From assembly GCA_964016885.1 (NCBI GenBank), contig OZ024762.1, positions 6,510,001 through 6,574,000 of the forward strand: DNA of 64,000 bases, read 5' to 3'. Below are positions 1 to 14,076 of the stretch, piece after piece; position 1 is the first letter of the stretch, and each line of letters starts with the position of its first letter. The translations under genes and the position numbers were made by a program. Origin of the DNA: Eledone cirrhosa (lineage: Eukaryota). A model generated the notes under the pieces. The model did not search any database and had not been told where the DNA came from. It saw only the letters and a program-made list of their open reading frames with translations.

Positions 1-335
1 ATGAAAGACACTGCCTATGTTTAATCCTTTCATTACCATATTTCTAATGAAAGACACTGCCTATGTTTTAACCCTTTCATTACCATATTTCTAATGAAAG
101 ACACTGCCTATGTTTAACCCTTTCATTACCATATTTCTAATGAAAGACACTGCCTATGTTTAACCCTTTCATTACCATATTTCTAATTAAAGACACTGCC
201 TATGTTTAACCCCTTCATTACCATATTTCTAATGAAAGACACTGCCTATGTTTAACCCTTTCATTACCATATTTCTAATGAAAGACACTGCTTATGTTTA
301 ACCCCTTCATTACCATATTTCTAATGAAAGACATT
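1..335. repeat. 46-bp tandem repeat, about 7 copies, truncated by the window edge
   Basis: Unit atgaaagacactgcctatgtttaaccctttcattaccatatttcta. It runs directly into an AT-rich MITE body at about 335-720. Confidence 0.95.
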
Positions 336-1269
336 GTGATTTTCAAATCATTTGGAAAATAATGAGCAATTTGGAGGAATTTAGTAAAATAATACATTTC
401 TTATTATTAATCAATTGTTTGGAATGTCACTTACCAAAGGTTCAAACATAAAATTATTATGGAAGATGAATATAAATACTTCAAAATAAACAGCTTTATA
501 TAATAGAATCAGAGGTGTTTGGAACATAGCTTAACACAGGTTATTATATAAAATTATGATGGAATTTTTTAGATAAATATAAACACTTTAAACCTTTTGT
601 TACCATATTTGTAAAGAAAGACACTGTCTAAGATTTTTAAATAATAAAAAAAATAATAAAGTATTTAAAGGGATTTAGTAACATAACTAAATTTCTTATT
701 AATAACAAAGTTTCTTAGATAAATGGTGATAGGAAGGGCATCTTGCTGTAGAAAACTTGCCAAACAAAGGGTTGGGAAAACTCTTCAGACATGCCAAGGA
801 CATGACAACTTTCCTAGTGTGGGTGCTAAAATAAAATGAACATGGTAGGGGACAAGATCGTATGTGGGGGCCCACTGGATCACCTGGAAGTCAAAGGCTC
901 TGTCTGAGTACTGGTTGTCCAATCTTAGCCAGCTAGGAAAATGGATATTAAACAACAATAAAGATGATGATGATATGTGTTAAACAAACAGCTTTGTATA
1001 GTAGTGGACAGTTATAGGCAGTTTCATATCAAAAGGGTTAATGGTAACTATTTGTCTAATAATGTTCTGCCTTGCTACCTTTATTGGTTCTTCATTGTTA
1101 TTCTAATCTTTTGTCTTTTAGCCAGCATCTACAAAAAAAGAAGTCCTCTTTCCTTTTCTTGTTTCGTTGCTAAAGTTGGCATCAGTACAGAACTATTTAC
1201 TGATGGTTTTTGAAGTTCATCAACAATCCTATATCATTGAAACCCTTTTGTATTTTTGGTGTATTTTGT

Positions 1270-1510
1270 TTCTTCTTCTTCTTCTTCTTCTTCTTCTTCT
1301 TCACCTCCACTTATTCCTGGGAAGGTTGAGGGGGGAAAAGGCTTCAGACACACCTTCCAGAATGTCTTATTGGAAGCAACTGTCTCTACATAATCCAGCT
1401 GGATCCCCAAGCAAATCAACCAAGCTCATGGATGCTATCCAATCATCTTGCTTGTGGTCTACCTCTGGGTCTCCCGCCGGTTAGTTTTGCTCATAAAATC
1501 TGTCCTGCAA
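1270..1510 (-). mobile_element. RTE-type LINE 3' fragment with (GAA)n tail
   Basis: Minus strand reads AKLTGGRPRGRPQAR*LDSI (RTE C-terminal GRPxxRW motif), followed by a (GAA)n tail at 1270-1302. Confidence 0.6.
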
Positions 1511-1594
1511 TTCTTTCCTTAGACATTCTAACTACATATCCATAGTAGCAGAGCTGTGATTTCTAGAGTTGGTGAAGTTGCAGTTCTACCTGGA

Positions 1595-1848
1595 GTGACT
1601 CTCTGATCAAACATGAGGAAACTATTGGAAGAGATGGGGCAATGGGTGGCACTTGTTGTGACTCTCTGATCAAACATGAGGAAACTATTGGAAGAGATGG
1701 GGCAATGGGTGGCACTTGTTGTGACTCTCTGATCAAACATGAGGAAACTATTGGAAGAGATGGGGCAATGGGTGGCACTTGTTGTGACTCTCTGATCAAA
1801 CATGAGGAAACTATTGGAAGAGATGGGGGCAATGGGTGGCACTTGTTG
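1595..1848. repeat. 63-bp tandem repeat x4
   Basis: gtgactctctgatcaaacatgaggaaactattggaagagatggggcaatgggtggcacttgtt repeated almost identically. Confidence 0.95.
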
Positions 1849-2813
1849 GTTCTCAGAGAAACACTTGCAACCTAGCAAAGTAGATATGATGAGACAAGTA
1901 AAGGTCACCCCTAAAAAAAGCTTAGACTTCATGGATCTGAGAAAAACTGCAGAATGGTCAGACTGAATAAAAACAATCATATCACACCATTCTTCATGCA
2001 GAATGATGACACATTCAGGCTTTAAGTAGAGGGACTCATTTGAAAAAATATATCACAGTAGGAATCTAATGTCAAAAAATGGGCAATGGGCCTGTGACAT
2101 GTCCTGGGTGACATAGGGTGGCAGTAAAAAGGTTGCACATCCCAGGGCCCCTGACAGGGTCCAGAAGGGAGCACAAGTTAATGTATTTACCAGGAATCTG
2201 GTAATTATAGGCTAAATGTAGAACTTGGCATATCTAAAAGTCATTACATTTCAGTAATTATAAGATAAAGAGTAATTAATCCTGAAATAATTAGGTGTAC
2301 TAATTAACATAAACTTGTAAGCTGTAATAATTGTTCTATGTAAGCTATATAATAATTGTTTTTCCGTTATACAACAGTTCAAAGTGGTAGGTTGTTAGAG
2401 TACATAGCTACATGATGATGAAGGGTGTGCAGTTCAGTGGGGTGTAGGGCACATGATTGATGTCATGGCTTTGATTCCTGAGTACATAGCTAACTGATCA
2501 TCAAGGGCGTGCAGATCAGGGGTTGGGTGTTGGACCTGTGACTGTGATGTTGTGGATTTCATTCATGAAGCAGGCACCATGATGCGTTCTTGAGCAAACT
2601 ACTTCATTTCATTTCACTTTACTCCTGTGTACTCAGCTGGAAATGTGTAGCAACAACAGCATTACCACTAGCAGTATTCCATTAAAAATACATGTGTAGG
2701 TGGAATATTCAGCCACTTACAATTCAATATAATGAGTACGCTGATCTGTAGATATAATAAATATAACACTCATCATTGAATTTTAATGGAGGTTCAGTTG
2801 CAGGTCATATATT

Positions 2814-3369
2814 TAACCCCTTTTGATGCCAAAACAATTGAAACCATTCCTGCTTCTATGATATAAAACTTTATTTTAAAGTGTTTATATTTATATAGAT
2901 ACCTTTCATCTTAATTTTATGTAAGAATCATTGTTAAGTTATGTTCCAAAGACAAGCTTAATAATGAGAAAGTTTGTTACATTACTAAACCCCTCAAAAT
3001 GTTTCTTTGCCTTTCATCCTTACGGGGTCGATAAAATAAAGTACCAGTAATGTACTGGGTAATTGCTGGCCTTGTGCCTAAAGTAGAAACAATTATTTTA
3101 AAAAGGATTTGAAAATCATAGGCAGTGTTTTTTTTTATCAGAAACATGGTACTGAAAAGGTTTATGCTTCTATTTATCTAAAAATTATCATGATTTTATG
3201 TAGGAACCTTTATTTAACCATTATTAAATCTCTCCAAATTTTTGATTATTTAAAAATTTGAGAAAGTTATTATATTACTAAATCCTTCCGAATTCTTGGT
3301 TATTTAAAAAATATTATTTGAAAACTAGAGAAAGTCTTTCAAATATGAAATATGATAGGGAAAGGTTAA
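2814..3369 (+). mobile_element. AT-rich TTAA-flanked MITE (family B, piggyBac-like) with a nested SINE fragment at about 3008-3095
   Basis: Starts TTAA-CCCCTTTTGATGCCAAA and ends GGGAAAGG-TTAA. The internal roughly 200-bp module (ttatgtaagaacc..ttaagttatgttccaaacaccagcttaataatgagaaag) recurs at about 335-720, 4495-4785, 15598-16125, 33588-33761, 34393-34712, 36485-37118 and 55587-56030. Confidence 0.55.
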
Positions 3370-3495
3370 TGAGTGCAGTTTATTTGGCATAGTGCCGCTT
3401 GGGTGGAAAGTTAAGCAGGTGTAAATTACCAATTGAACTTCACCACTTCCTATGTTTAAGGAGCCATCTCATATATATATATATATATAAATATA

Positions 3496-3527
<32 letters not shown>

Positions 3528-3561
3528 CATGGATGTAAAACAGTGATGATGATATACATAC

Positions 3562-3592
<31 letters not shown>

Positions 3593-3909
3593 TAATATAT
3601 ATACATATATACACACATATATGTATATATATGCATACATATATATATACATACAAATATTATATATATATACATCGTTTCATCTTCATTGTAAATATAA
3701 ACATATATATTATATACACACATATATGTGTGTATATATACATATCTAGCTACCCATACACACACACACACACACATACATATGTGGTTGTTTCACTGAC
3801 TGCTCTTTGCATTTATCTAGTCTGACTGAGCCAGTCGTCTAGAACAGTATCATATATATTGTACTTAAGTGAACCTGTAAAACAAAACTTCATCATGACA
3901 CAAGATAGA

Positions 3910-4245
3910 GAGCTCTAGAGAGCTGGGGAGCTAGAGAGCTCTAGAGAGCTGAGGAGCTAGAGAGCTCTAGAGAGCTGAGGAGCTAGAGAGCTCTAGAGAG
4001 CTGAGGAGCTAGAGAGCTCTAGAGAGCTGGGGAGCTAGAGAGCTCTAGAGAGCTGAGGAGCTAGAGAGCTCTAGAGAGCTGAGGAGCTAGAGAGCTCTAG
4101 AGAGCTGAGGAGATAGAGAGCTCTAGGGAGCTAGAGAGCTCTAGAGAGCTGAGGAGATAGAGAGCTCTAGAGAGCTGAGGAGCTAGAGAGCTGAGGAAAT
4201 AGAGAGCTCTAGAGAGCTGAGGAGCTAGAGAGCTCTAGAGAGCTG
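3910..4245. repeat. 26-bp tandem repeat, about 13 copies
   Basis: Unit gagctagagagctctagagagctgag. It abuts the 3' end of a minus-strand SINE. Confidence 0.92.
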
Positions 4246-4450
4246 AGGCACAAGGCCAGTGATTTTGGGGGAGGAGAAAGTCGATTAAATCGACCCCAGT
4301 GCGTGACTGGTACTTTATTTTATCGACCCCGTGAGGATGAAAGACAAAGTTAACCTCGGCGGAATTTGAACTCAGATCATAAAGGGAAGTAACTCTATGC
4401 TTAAAAGCGTGGCGTCCGACCCTTACCGATACTGCCAATCCACCGCCCTC
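4245..4450 (-). mobile_element. SINE family B
   Basis: Carries a B-box-like GAGTTCAAATTCC, the core gtctttcatcctcacggggtcgataaaataaagtaccag and the ggccttgtgcc 3' end shared by many copies in the window. Confidence 0.8.
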
Positions 4451-4984
4451 ATAATAACCACCAACATAATAATGGTTTCTTTATTTATTTATTTAATAAT
4501 GAGAAAATTAATGACATTACTTTAAAATTCTGGATTATTTTCAAAATTATTTTAATCATAGCCAGTGTCTTTCATTAGAAATATGTTAGTGAAAGGATTA
4601 AAGTGTTTATATTTATCTAAAACCTTTCCAACATAATTTTATATAAGAACCTTTGATAAATTATGTTCTAAACACCAGCTTAATAATGAGAAAGTTAGTT
4701 GTATATCACTAAATCTGTTCTAATTGTTGATTATTTTCAAAATTATTTGAAAATAAATAGGCAGTGTCTTTCGTGAGAAATATCTGTATTTTGTCTTAAA
4801 CTGGATTTACTGAAAGTTGTAGAGAATAGAATCATATCTTCTAGACAAAACTAACTCTTCATTGATTGATTCTCAGAACTGGGAGATAATCTGTTGTTGC
4901 TGTTGTTTCTGCTGTTATTGTTGGTGTGTTGCAACTGTTGTTGTTGTTGTTGTTGTTCTGGCTGTTGGTGTCGCTGCTGTTGTT

Positions 4985-5236
4985 GTTGTATTTATTTCTA
5001 TAGTTATTGTTGTTGTTGTATTTATATTTCTATAGTTATTGTTGTTGTATTTATTTCTATAGTTATTGTTGTTGTTGTATTTATTTCTATAGTTATTGTT
5101 GTATTTATTTCTATAGTTATTGTTGTTGTTGTATTTATTTCTATAGTTATTGTTGTATTTATTTCTATAGTTATTGTTGTTGTTGTATTTATTTCTATAG
5201 TTATTGTTGTATTTATTTCTATAGTTATTGTTGTTG
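4985..5236. repeat. Minisatellite of 27-33 bp (tatttatttctatagttat + (TGT)n)
   Basis: About 8 tandem units that vary in TGT number. Confidence 0.9.
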
Positions 5237-5369
5237 TCTCATTAAATAGTAAAGATAGCGGAAAAGGTAGGGGAGGGGGGCAGGGGAGATGGGAGGAAAA
5301 TATGATAAGATTTCAAAAATAATGGAAATTAATCAGAAAATATGTTTTTTCAAATTTCCATGAATATAT

Positions 5370-6175
5370 TATAGAAAGGAAAAGATGAGAGAAAGAGAAA
5401 GAAAGAGAAAGAAAGAGAAAGAAAGAGAAAGAAAGAGAAAGAAAAAAAAGAAATAGAAAATAGAAGAGAGAATTGAAGGGAGAAAAAAGAAAAAGAGAGG
5501 AAGAGAAAATGGAGAGAGAGAGAGATATAGAATGAGAGAGAGAGAGAGATGGAATGAGAGAGAGATGGAATGAGAGAGAGATGGAATGAGAGAGAGAGAG
5601 AGAATGAAGTGAAAGAGAAAGAGAGAGGAGAGAGGGATAGTGGGAAACAGAGGAGAGGCGGAGAGATAGACAGTAGGTGATAGAGAGAGGGGGATACAGA
5701 AAGATAGAGAGTAAGAGATAGAGAGTGTGGAACATAGAGTAATATATATATACCACTGCCATCACCACCACCACATTCATCACCACAACCACCACCACCA
5801 ACACAACAGCCACTACCACCACCAGCTCTCACCACCACCACCACCACCACAACAGCCACTACCACCACAACCGCCACTACCACCACCACCAGCTCTCACC
5901 ACCACCGCCACCAGCACTACAACCGCCACCCCACCACCACCACTACCATCATTCACACTGCCACCACCACCACCACCACCAGCACAACAGCCACTACCAC
6001 CACAACCGCCACCAACACAATCACTACAACCACCACCACCATCACCGCCGCCACCAGCACAACTGCCACTACCATCATTACCACCACCACCATCACCACC
6101 ACCACCACCACCGCCACCACCACCGCCACCACCACCACCACCGCCACCACCACCAACACCACCAGCTCTCACCAC
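5370..6175. repeat. GA-rich and (CCA)n low-complexity tracts
   Basis: Seen directly; similar tracts lie at 7910-8320 and 8450-9090. Confidence 0.9.
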
Positions 6176-6299
6176 ATTTGGCCAGGTCATTGTTGGACAT
6201 CTATCTTCCTCTAGTTGTAACTATCCATGTTGTCACAAAGGAGACAGAGACACCATGGCAACCTTCCCCCTCCAGAACATCCAACATGTGACAGCTTGA

Positions 6300-6336
<37 letters not shown>

Positions 6337-6349
6337 CAGCACTAGCACT

Positions 6350-6875
6350 GAGCTGGTACTTTATTTATCAACCCCACAAAAAGATGAAAGGCAATAATGA
6401 CCTCAGAACTGAGAAGGTAGAGAGCTAGAGCAAGTGTCCACTATTTTACCAACTCTGCCAGATTGACTGACCTTATCATAGATCTGATTTAGGCACAAGG
6501 CCAACAATTTCGGGGGAGAGGCAAAGCCAATTAAATCAACCCCACTGCATTACTGGTACTTTGATTTATTGGCCTTGTAAGGATGAAAGGCAAAGTTAAC
6601 TTTGAAAGGATTTGAAATCAGAATGTAAAGGGCCATAACTTAATGCCATGAAGCATGGTGTCTGATGGTCTACCCATACTGCCAATTCCCCTAATAATAA
6701 TTGTTTCTACCTTTGGCACAAGGCCAGCAATTACCTCAGTGCATTACTGGTACTTTATTTTATCGACCCCGTAAGGATAATAATAATAATAATAATAATA
6801 ATTTCTGGTTTCTAATTTAGGCACAAGGCCAGCAATTTTGCAGGGAGGTAAGTGGACCTCGGCAGGATTTGAAAT
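6350..6875 (-). mobile_element. Cluster of degenerate SINE family B copies
   Basis: Repeated ggcacaaggcc..tactggtactttatttt..gatgaaaggcaaagt motifs with AAT tails. Confidence 0.7.
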
Positions 6876-7045
6876 ATCCAAAGTCGTAATGGCTGTCAAA
6901 TTAACAACAGTAACGACAGCAACAACAATGACAACCACCACCACAACAACAACAACAACAACGATAACAATAACATGACATCAACAACAGCAACAGTAAT
7001 AACAACAGCAGTGTTCAATTGATGATAAAAAAACGTATGGCCTAC

Positions 7046-7221
7046 CTTCCAGCAAGTTCTTTATCGAGATATTTTGCTGCCAACCTCGCTCCATACACTT
7101 CACTCTGCAGGGCCAAGATGTATTGACGTAACTCATGGTTTTCTTTCTTCAGCTGTTTCACTTCAGCTTCTACTCTGGATACTTGCATCACCTCTTGGCT
7201 GCGTTTTGTCATCTCATCCTC
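7046..7221 (-). CDS. GOPC: GOPC/PIST internal coding exon, second coiled-coil region, 176 nt, phase 0-2
   Basis: Translates [58 protein letters not shown](R). The [19 protein letters not shown] motif is diagnostic of GOPC. Acceptor caatttcag, donor AG|GTAGGC. Splices in frame with 44889-45053. Confidence 0.95.
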
Positions 7222-8841
7222 CTGAAATTGACCCATGACGTGATCATAAATACTCAGTAAAATCTCTAATGACTCACAACAAACAACCATTTAAAGTTTA
7301 TTTTCCATCTTTCTCCACCTCTGCCTTCACTTAAATCAACAATAAAACACAAAATGTACACCATTTTTTAAACAAGTTTTATCTTATTTATTTATTTCAT
7401 TCTATTCTAGATTCTCCCTCTCAACTCCCTATAGCTGACTCTGCTTATCTTGCCCTGAACTGTACACACTATAAAAATCTATGCAACCCACTGTACATAT
7501 ATAGAGGTGACTGAAAGAAATATAGGCAATCTAAGGATTAAAGAGGCCATTTTCATCAGCTGGACAAAACCAGAGATAAATAATAGGTCAGAAATGCATG
7601 AGGAAGGATGGTCACTATAGCAACCCCAAACCCATAGACCAGTTAGGGAAGAAAACTCTGATCGATCGTTTTGTTTTGTCTTGGACTGTTTCAGCTACAC
7701 ATCTGAAAAGAGGGTAATAACCCTGAAATATATCTATTTTTCCATGATCACATATGTTGAGTCCTCTCCAAAACTGCATCACTACTTGTGTTATTCCTTT
7801 GTCATTTCCTCTGAGGCTTCACTGTTTCTACTTCATGTCTTTCTCCTTGGTCTTCCTCTTCCATAGCTCCCTTCCACTTGGAACTCCCGGCAACCAGCCA
7901 ACAAACGACCACCATCACCACCACCACCACTACACATACACTACCACCGCCACCACTACCACCGCCACCACCACAACTACACACACAACCACCGCCAGTA
8001 CCACCACCACCATCACCACCAATACACACATCATCATCACCACCACTACACCCACCACCATCACTGCCACCAGCACACACACATCACCACCTCCACTATC
8101 ACCACCACCACCAACACTACCAACACCACCACCAACACTACCACGACCACCACCACCACCACCAACACTACCAACACCACCACCACCACCACTACCACTA
8201 CCACCACCACCACCAACACCACCACCACCACACCACCACCACACCACCACCACCACCACCACCAACACTACCACCACCACCACCACCACCACCACCACCA
8301 ACACTACCAACACCACCACAACATACAGGTGTCATGCCATGTCATAATGGAATTATGAGAACATTTATTGAACTTATTCTTCCATTTCTGTTTTATAGAA
8401 TGAAAGATAACGAGTTTAATCTCACACATTTAATTAGGGGGTGTATATATAGAGAGAGAGAGGGAGGGAGAGGGAGTGGGAGAGGGAGTGGGGGAATAGA
8501 TAGAGGGAGAGTGGGGGTAAAAAGACAAAGAAAGGAAGAGAGGAAAATAAAGAGACAAAAATAGTGAGAGAGAGGGAGAGTGAAAGAGACAGAAGAGAGA
8601 GAGAGGGAGAGAAAGAGAGAGGGAGAGTGAAAGAGACAGAAGAGAGAGAGGGGAAGAAAGAGAGAGGGAGAGTGAAAGAGACAGAAGAGAGAAAAAAGAG
8701 AGAGGGAGAGTGAAAGAGACAGAAGAGAGAAAAAAGAGAGAGGGAGAGTGAAAGAGACAGAAGAGAGAGAGGGAGAGAGAAAGAGTGAGGGAGACAGAAG
8801 AGAGAGAGAGAAGGAGAGTGAAAGAGACAGAGAAAGAGAGA

Positions 8842-8917
<76 letters not shown>

Positions 8918-9239
8918 GAGAGAGTGAAAGAGAAAGAGAGAGAGAGGAAGAGAGGAAGAGAGAGAGAGGAAGAGACAGAGAGAGGAAGAGAGAGAGAGAG
9001 AGAGAGGAAGAGAGAGAGAGAGACAGAGAGAGGGGGAGAGAGAGGAAGAGACAGGGGGGGAGAGAGGAAGAGACAGAGAGAGAGAGAGAGGGGATGTTAA
9101 TACTTGTAAAGTTATTAACATGTGATTTGAAACAAATTAGATAATAGGAAATAATCAATGTGTCATAGAAATCAAATTTTTCTATCAGATCTTTTGGAAA
9201 CAACACTAAAATATTGATCTCGCCCAATCAACACTAATA

Positions 9240-10054
9240 ACACACACAAATATACATACAGACACACACATACATATATATATATACATACACACACATA
9301 CATACATATATATACATACACATACATACATACACACACATACATATATATATACATACACATACATACAGACACACACATACATACATATATATACATA
9401 CACATACCTACATACAGACACACACATACATACATATATATACATACACATACATACAGACACACAGATACATACATATATATACATACACATACATACA
9501 TATATATACATACATACATATATATACATACAGACACACACATACATACATATATATACATACACATACATACATACACACACATACATACATATATATA
9601 CATACACATACATACATATATATACATACATACATATATATACATACACATACATACAGACACACACATACATACACATACCTACATACAGACACACACA
9701 TACATACATATATATACATACACGTACATACATACACACACATACATACATATATATACATACACATACATACAGACACACACATACATACACACACATA
9801 CATACATATATATACATACACATACATACATACAGACACACACATACATACATATATATACATACACATACATACATACAGACACACAGATACATACATA
9901 CAGACACACACATACATACACACACATACATACATATATATACATACACATACATACAGACACACACATACATACATATATATACATACACATACATACA
10001 TACACACACACACACACATACATATATATAGACACATACATACATATATACATA
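9240..10054. repeat. Compound (CA/TA/CATA) microsatellite; a similar tract lies at 11792-12347
   Basis: Seen directly; the two tracts flank the RTE insertion. Confidence 0.95.
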
Positions 10055-11791
10055 CATCATCATCATCATCATCATCACTCGTCGACTACTGTCGAGATGA
10101 TGGATCTCACTCTCATGCCCCAGAATCCCCTGTCCCCCATTGCTGCCCCCAGGTCCTGTCTACTGATTCCCGTATCCCTAGAGATAACGTCAGGGAATGA
10201 CAGCTTCCTACTCCTAGTCAGGCTGGAGTCAGGGTTCCAGAGCAAGAGAGCGGATATGATTTCATTGCTGGCACGGTGACAGTGGCCAGCAAATTGAGCT
10301 CTCCGGGATTTTAGAAGGGCAGAGGCTCGAGGGAGTTTGCCATAGATTTTAGACAAGGTGGGATGTCGTTTCCAGGATAGGTTTTGCACTCTCATTAAGA
10401 GGCGGGTATATGTGCCATCCAATCTCCTCTCAGAGTCAGGGTTCCAGAACAAGAGAGGAGATATGATTTCATTGCTGGCACGGTGACAGTGGCCAGCAAA
10501 TTGAGCTCTCCGGGATTTTAGAAGGGCAGAGGCTCGAGGGAGTTTGCCATAGATTTTAGACAAGGTGGGATGTCGTTTCCAGGATAGGTTTTGCACTCTC
10601 ATTAAGAGGCGGGTATATGTGCCATCCAATCTCCTCTCAGAGTCAGGGTTCCAGAACAAGAGAGGAGATATGATTTCATTGCTGGCACGGTGACAGTGGC
10701 CAGCAAATTGAGCTCTCCGGGATTTTAGAAGGGCAGAGGCTCGAGGGAGTTTGCCATAGATTTTAGACAAGGTGGGATGTCGTTTCCAGGATAGGTTTTG
10801 CACTCTCATTAAGAGGCGGGTATATGTGCCATCCAATCTCCTCTCAGAGTCAGGGTTCCAGAACAAGAGAGGAGATATGATTTCATTGCTGGCACGGTGA
10901 CAGTGGCCAGCAAATTGAGCTCTCCGGGATTTTAGAAGGGCAGAGGCTCGAGGGAGTTTGCCATAGATTTTAGACAAGGTGGGATGTCGTTTCCAGGATA
11001 GGTTTTGCACTCTCATTAAGAGGCGGGTATATGTGCCATCCAATCTCCTCTCAGAGTCAGGGTTCCAGAACAAGAGAGGAGATATGATTTCATTGCTGGC
11101 ACGGTGACAGTGGCCAGCAAATTGAGCTCTCCGGGATTTTAGAAGGGCAGAGGCTCGAGGGAGTTTGCCATAGATTTTAGACAAGGTGGGATGTCGTTTC
11201 CAGGATAGGTTTTGCACTCTCATTAAGAGGCGGGTATATGTGCCATCCAATCTCCTCTCAGAGTCAGGGTTCCAGAACAAGAGAGGAGATATGATTTCAT
11301 TGCTGGCACGGTGACAGTGGCCAGCAAATTGAGCTCTCCGGGATTTTAGAAGGGCAGAGGCTCGAGGGAGTTTGCCATAGATTTTAGACAAGGTGGGATG
11401 TCGTTTCCAGGATAGGTTTTGCACTCTCATTAAGAGGCGGGTATATGTGCCATCCAATCTCCTCTCAAGTTGTGATGTTAGTGTCCAAGTTTCGGATCCA
11501 TAAAGTAATATGGGCTTAATGGTTGCTTGGAATATTTCCAGTTTTAGCTTGTTGGTAAGTTGAGATGTCCATATGGCGTGCATGTCATTGCACGCTGACC
11601 ATGCCATACCCTTCCTGGTTAGAAAATCTTTTTTGGAGGAGGAGATATATGAGCCAAGATACTTGTAATCTTCCACCTGCTTAAGGGTGGTACCATTAAG
11701 GGTTCTGATGGGGTAGTTTGGGCTGTTTGCGCATCTGTTCACACACTCAGTCTTGGATTCGTTGAGGTACAGTCCAACACAGTTGGACGCT
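10055..11791 (-). mobile_element. 5'-truncated RTE-clade LINE (end of RT domain plus C-terminus) with an internal 6x207-bp in-frame duplication and a (TGA)n tail
   Basis: Open frame containing LNESKTE..QVEDYKYLGS..ILLYGSETWTL..RRAQFAGHCHR..DRGFW. The stop codon runs into (TGA)n at 10055-10077. Confidence 0.9.
10226..11467 (-). repeat. 207-bp (69-codon) tandem repeat x6
   Basis: Period measured from 10433 to 10640. Copies appear identical except the 3'-most (SALLLW versus SPLLFW). Confidence 0.95.
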
Positions 11792-12391
11792 GTATGTATG
11801 TATACATACATACAGGCACATACATACATACATACATACATTCACACAGATATATATATACATACAGACATATATACATACAGACATATACATATATACA
11901 TACATACAGATATACATATACATACAGACATACACATACATACATACATACACACAGATATACATATACATACAGACATATATACATATATACATACATA
12001 CAGATATACATATACATACAGACAGACATATACATATATACATACATACAGACACATACATACATACAGACAGACATATACATACATACATACATACATA
12101 CATACAGATATACATATATACATACATACAGATATACATATACATACATACAGACATATACATACATACATACAGACACATACATATAGATACATACATA
12201 CAGACACATACATACATACACATACATACATACAGACACATACATACAGACATATACATACAGATACATACATACAGACACACACATACATACACATGCA
12301 TACTTACAAACACACATACAGACACACACATACAGACACATACACAATTTCCTATCTCAGTCATCTTGCTACAATCATCTATGATAATATA

Positions 12392-12567
12392 GTATCGGTA
12401 GAGGGTCGGACGCCATGCTTTGACGCATAGAGTTACGGCCCTTGCCATTCTGAGTTCAAATCCCGCCGAGGTTAACTTTGCCTTTCATCCTTACGGGGTC
12501 GATAAAATAAAGTACCAGTAATGTACTGGGTAATTGCTGGCCTTGTGCCAAAAGTAGAAACAATTAT
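12392..12567 (+). mobile_element. SINE family B, near full length
   Basis: gtatcggtagagggtcggacgcc...gagttcaaatcccgccgaggttaactttgcctttcatccttacggggtcgataaaataaagtaccag...gtagaaacaattat. Confidence 0.85.
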
Positions 12568-13774
12568 AAAAGAAACAGTTTAGTATCATAAAACGAAGGG
12601 AAGTTTCAGGTAGTTTCATATCAAAAGTGTTAAATAACTTTGAGACATGTCAAAATAATTTAATTAACCCTTTAATATTTAAACTGGCCAGAATTCTCTG
12701 CCTCTTTCTGTTGAAACTGGCTGTAAAATCTGCCAAGAGCTGTGACTGATAGATAGTATCAGTAATGGAAAGATCAATGGAAACATTGTTTCTTTGGTCT
12801 GATTTGAATATGTTCCACCCCACTGGATAAGTGAATGAGATCTGGGATCTTGTCAATTGTTAAGAAAGAAATAGGCTTTGCAGGTTTCCATTGTTAATGT
12901 AGAAACTTCTAGAGATTGTGTAAAGTTCAAGGTTAGATCACGAAGCTACCCCAGAGTAAATTAGGTAGCATAATTATATTTTTAGCTGCCAATCATGAAG
13001 AAAAATGAAGAAGAAAAAGAAAATTGTGCTGTCTGTCAGAAAGATGAATGAGATAAATTAGGATAATAAATATTTTATATTTTTCAAAGAAGATTTTAGC
13101 TGACAAGAAAGACTGAAGCCTGTGATATATGTCAAGAAGAATTTAGGATAGTTAGTATATATATATATATAGCAGGGAAAATGGACATTAAAGGATGATG
13201 ATGTTGATGGTGATGAAGATGATGATGATGATGGCGACGGTGATGGCGATGATGATGATGATGGCGACGGTGATGATGATGATGATGATTATGTTGGTGA
13301 CGATAACAACAATAATGATGATGATTTGGTACTTGTTAGTTTTAATGGATAAGAGCGACAGCCATTTTAAATTTTACAGGGTTTTAAGATAGCTAGAACA
13401 CACACACACACACACACATATTTATATATATATATACACACTCACACATATATATATATATACACTCACACATATATATATATACACACTCACACATATA
13501 TATATATACACACTCACACATATATATATATACACACTCACACATATATATATATACACACTCACACATATATATATATACACACTCACACATATATATA
13601 TATAAATTGAAGGGTAAGATATCGCCTAGACAACTGTATCCACATTATGTGTGTTTGTATGATTATACAGGCGCAATGATATTAAGAAGATCTGAGAGAA
13701 AAGATGTTGAGATCGATTCTTACCCTCCATATATATATATATACACACACACATATATATATATATATATACAT

Positions 13775-13875
<101 letters not shown>

Positions 13876-13987
13876 CACACACACATATATATATACACAC
13901 ACATATATATATATATATACATACACACACACATATATATACATACACACACATATATATATACACACATATATATATATACCCACA

Positions 13988-14037
<50 letters not shown>

Positions 14038-14076
14038 CACACACACATATATATATACATACACACATATATATAT

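Noticed and set aside
7222-7290. N-terminal extension of ORF 7042-7290 (MVVCCES...) and C-terminal extension of ORF 44790-45068
   Set aside because: Similarity to GOPC stops at canonical splice sites, so the extensions are intronic read-through.
9172-10078. Cys/Val/Tyr/Met-rich and His/Thr-rich ORFs throughout the window
   Set aside because: They are translations of CA/TA microsatellites.
10075-11841. 588-aa ORF as a novel repeat-protein gene
   Set aside because: It is an RTE LINE C-terminus with a tandem duplication. The start codon lies in a microsatellite and the RT catalytic core and endonuclease are missing.
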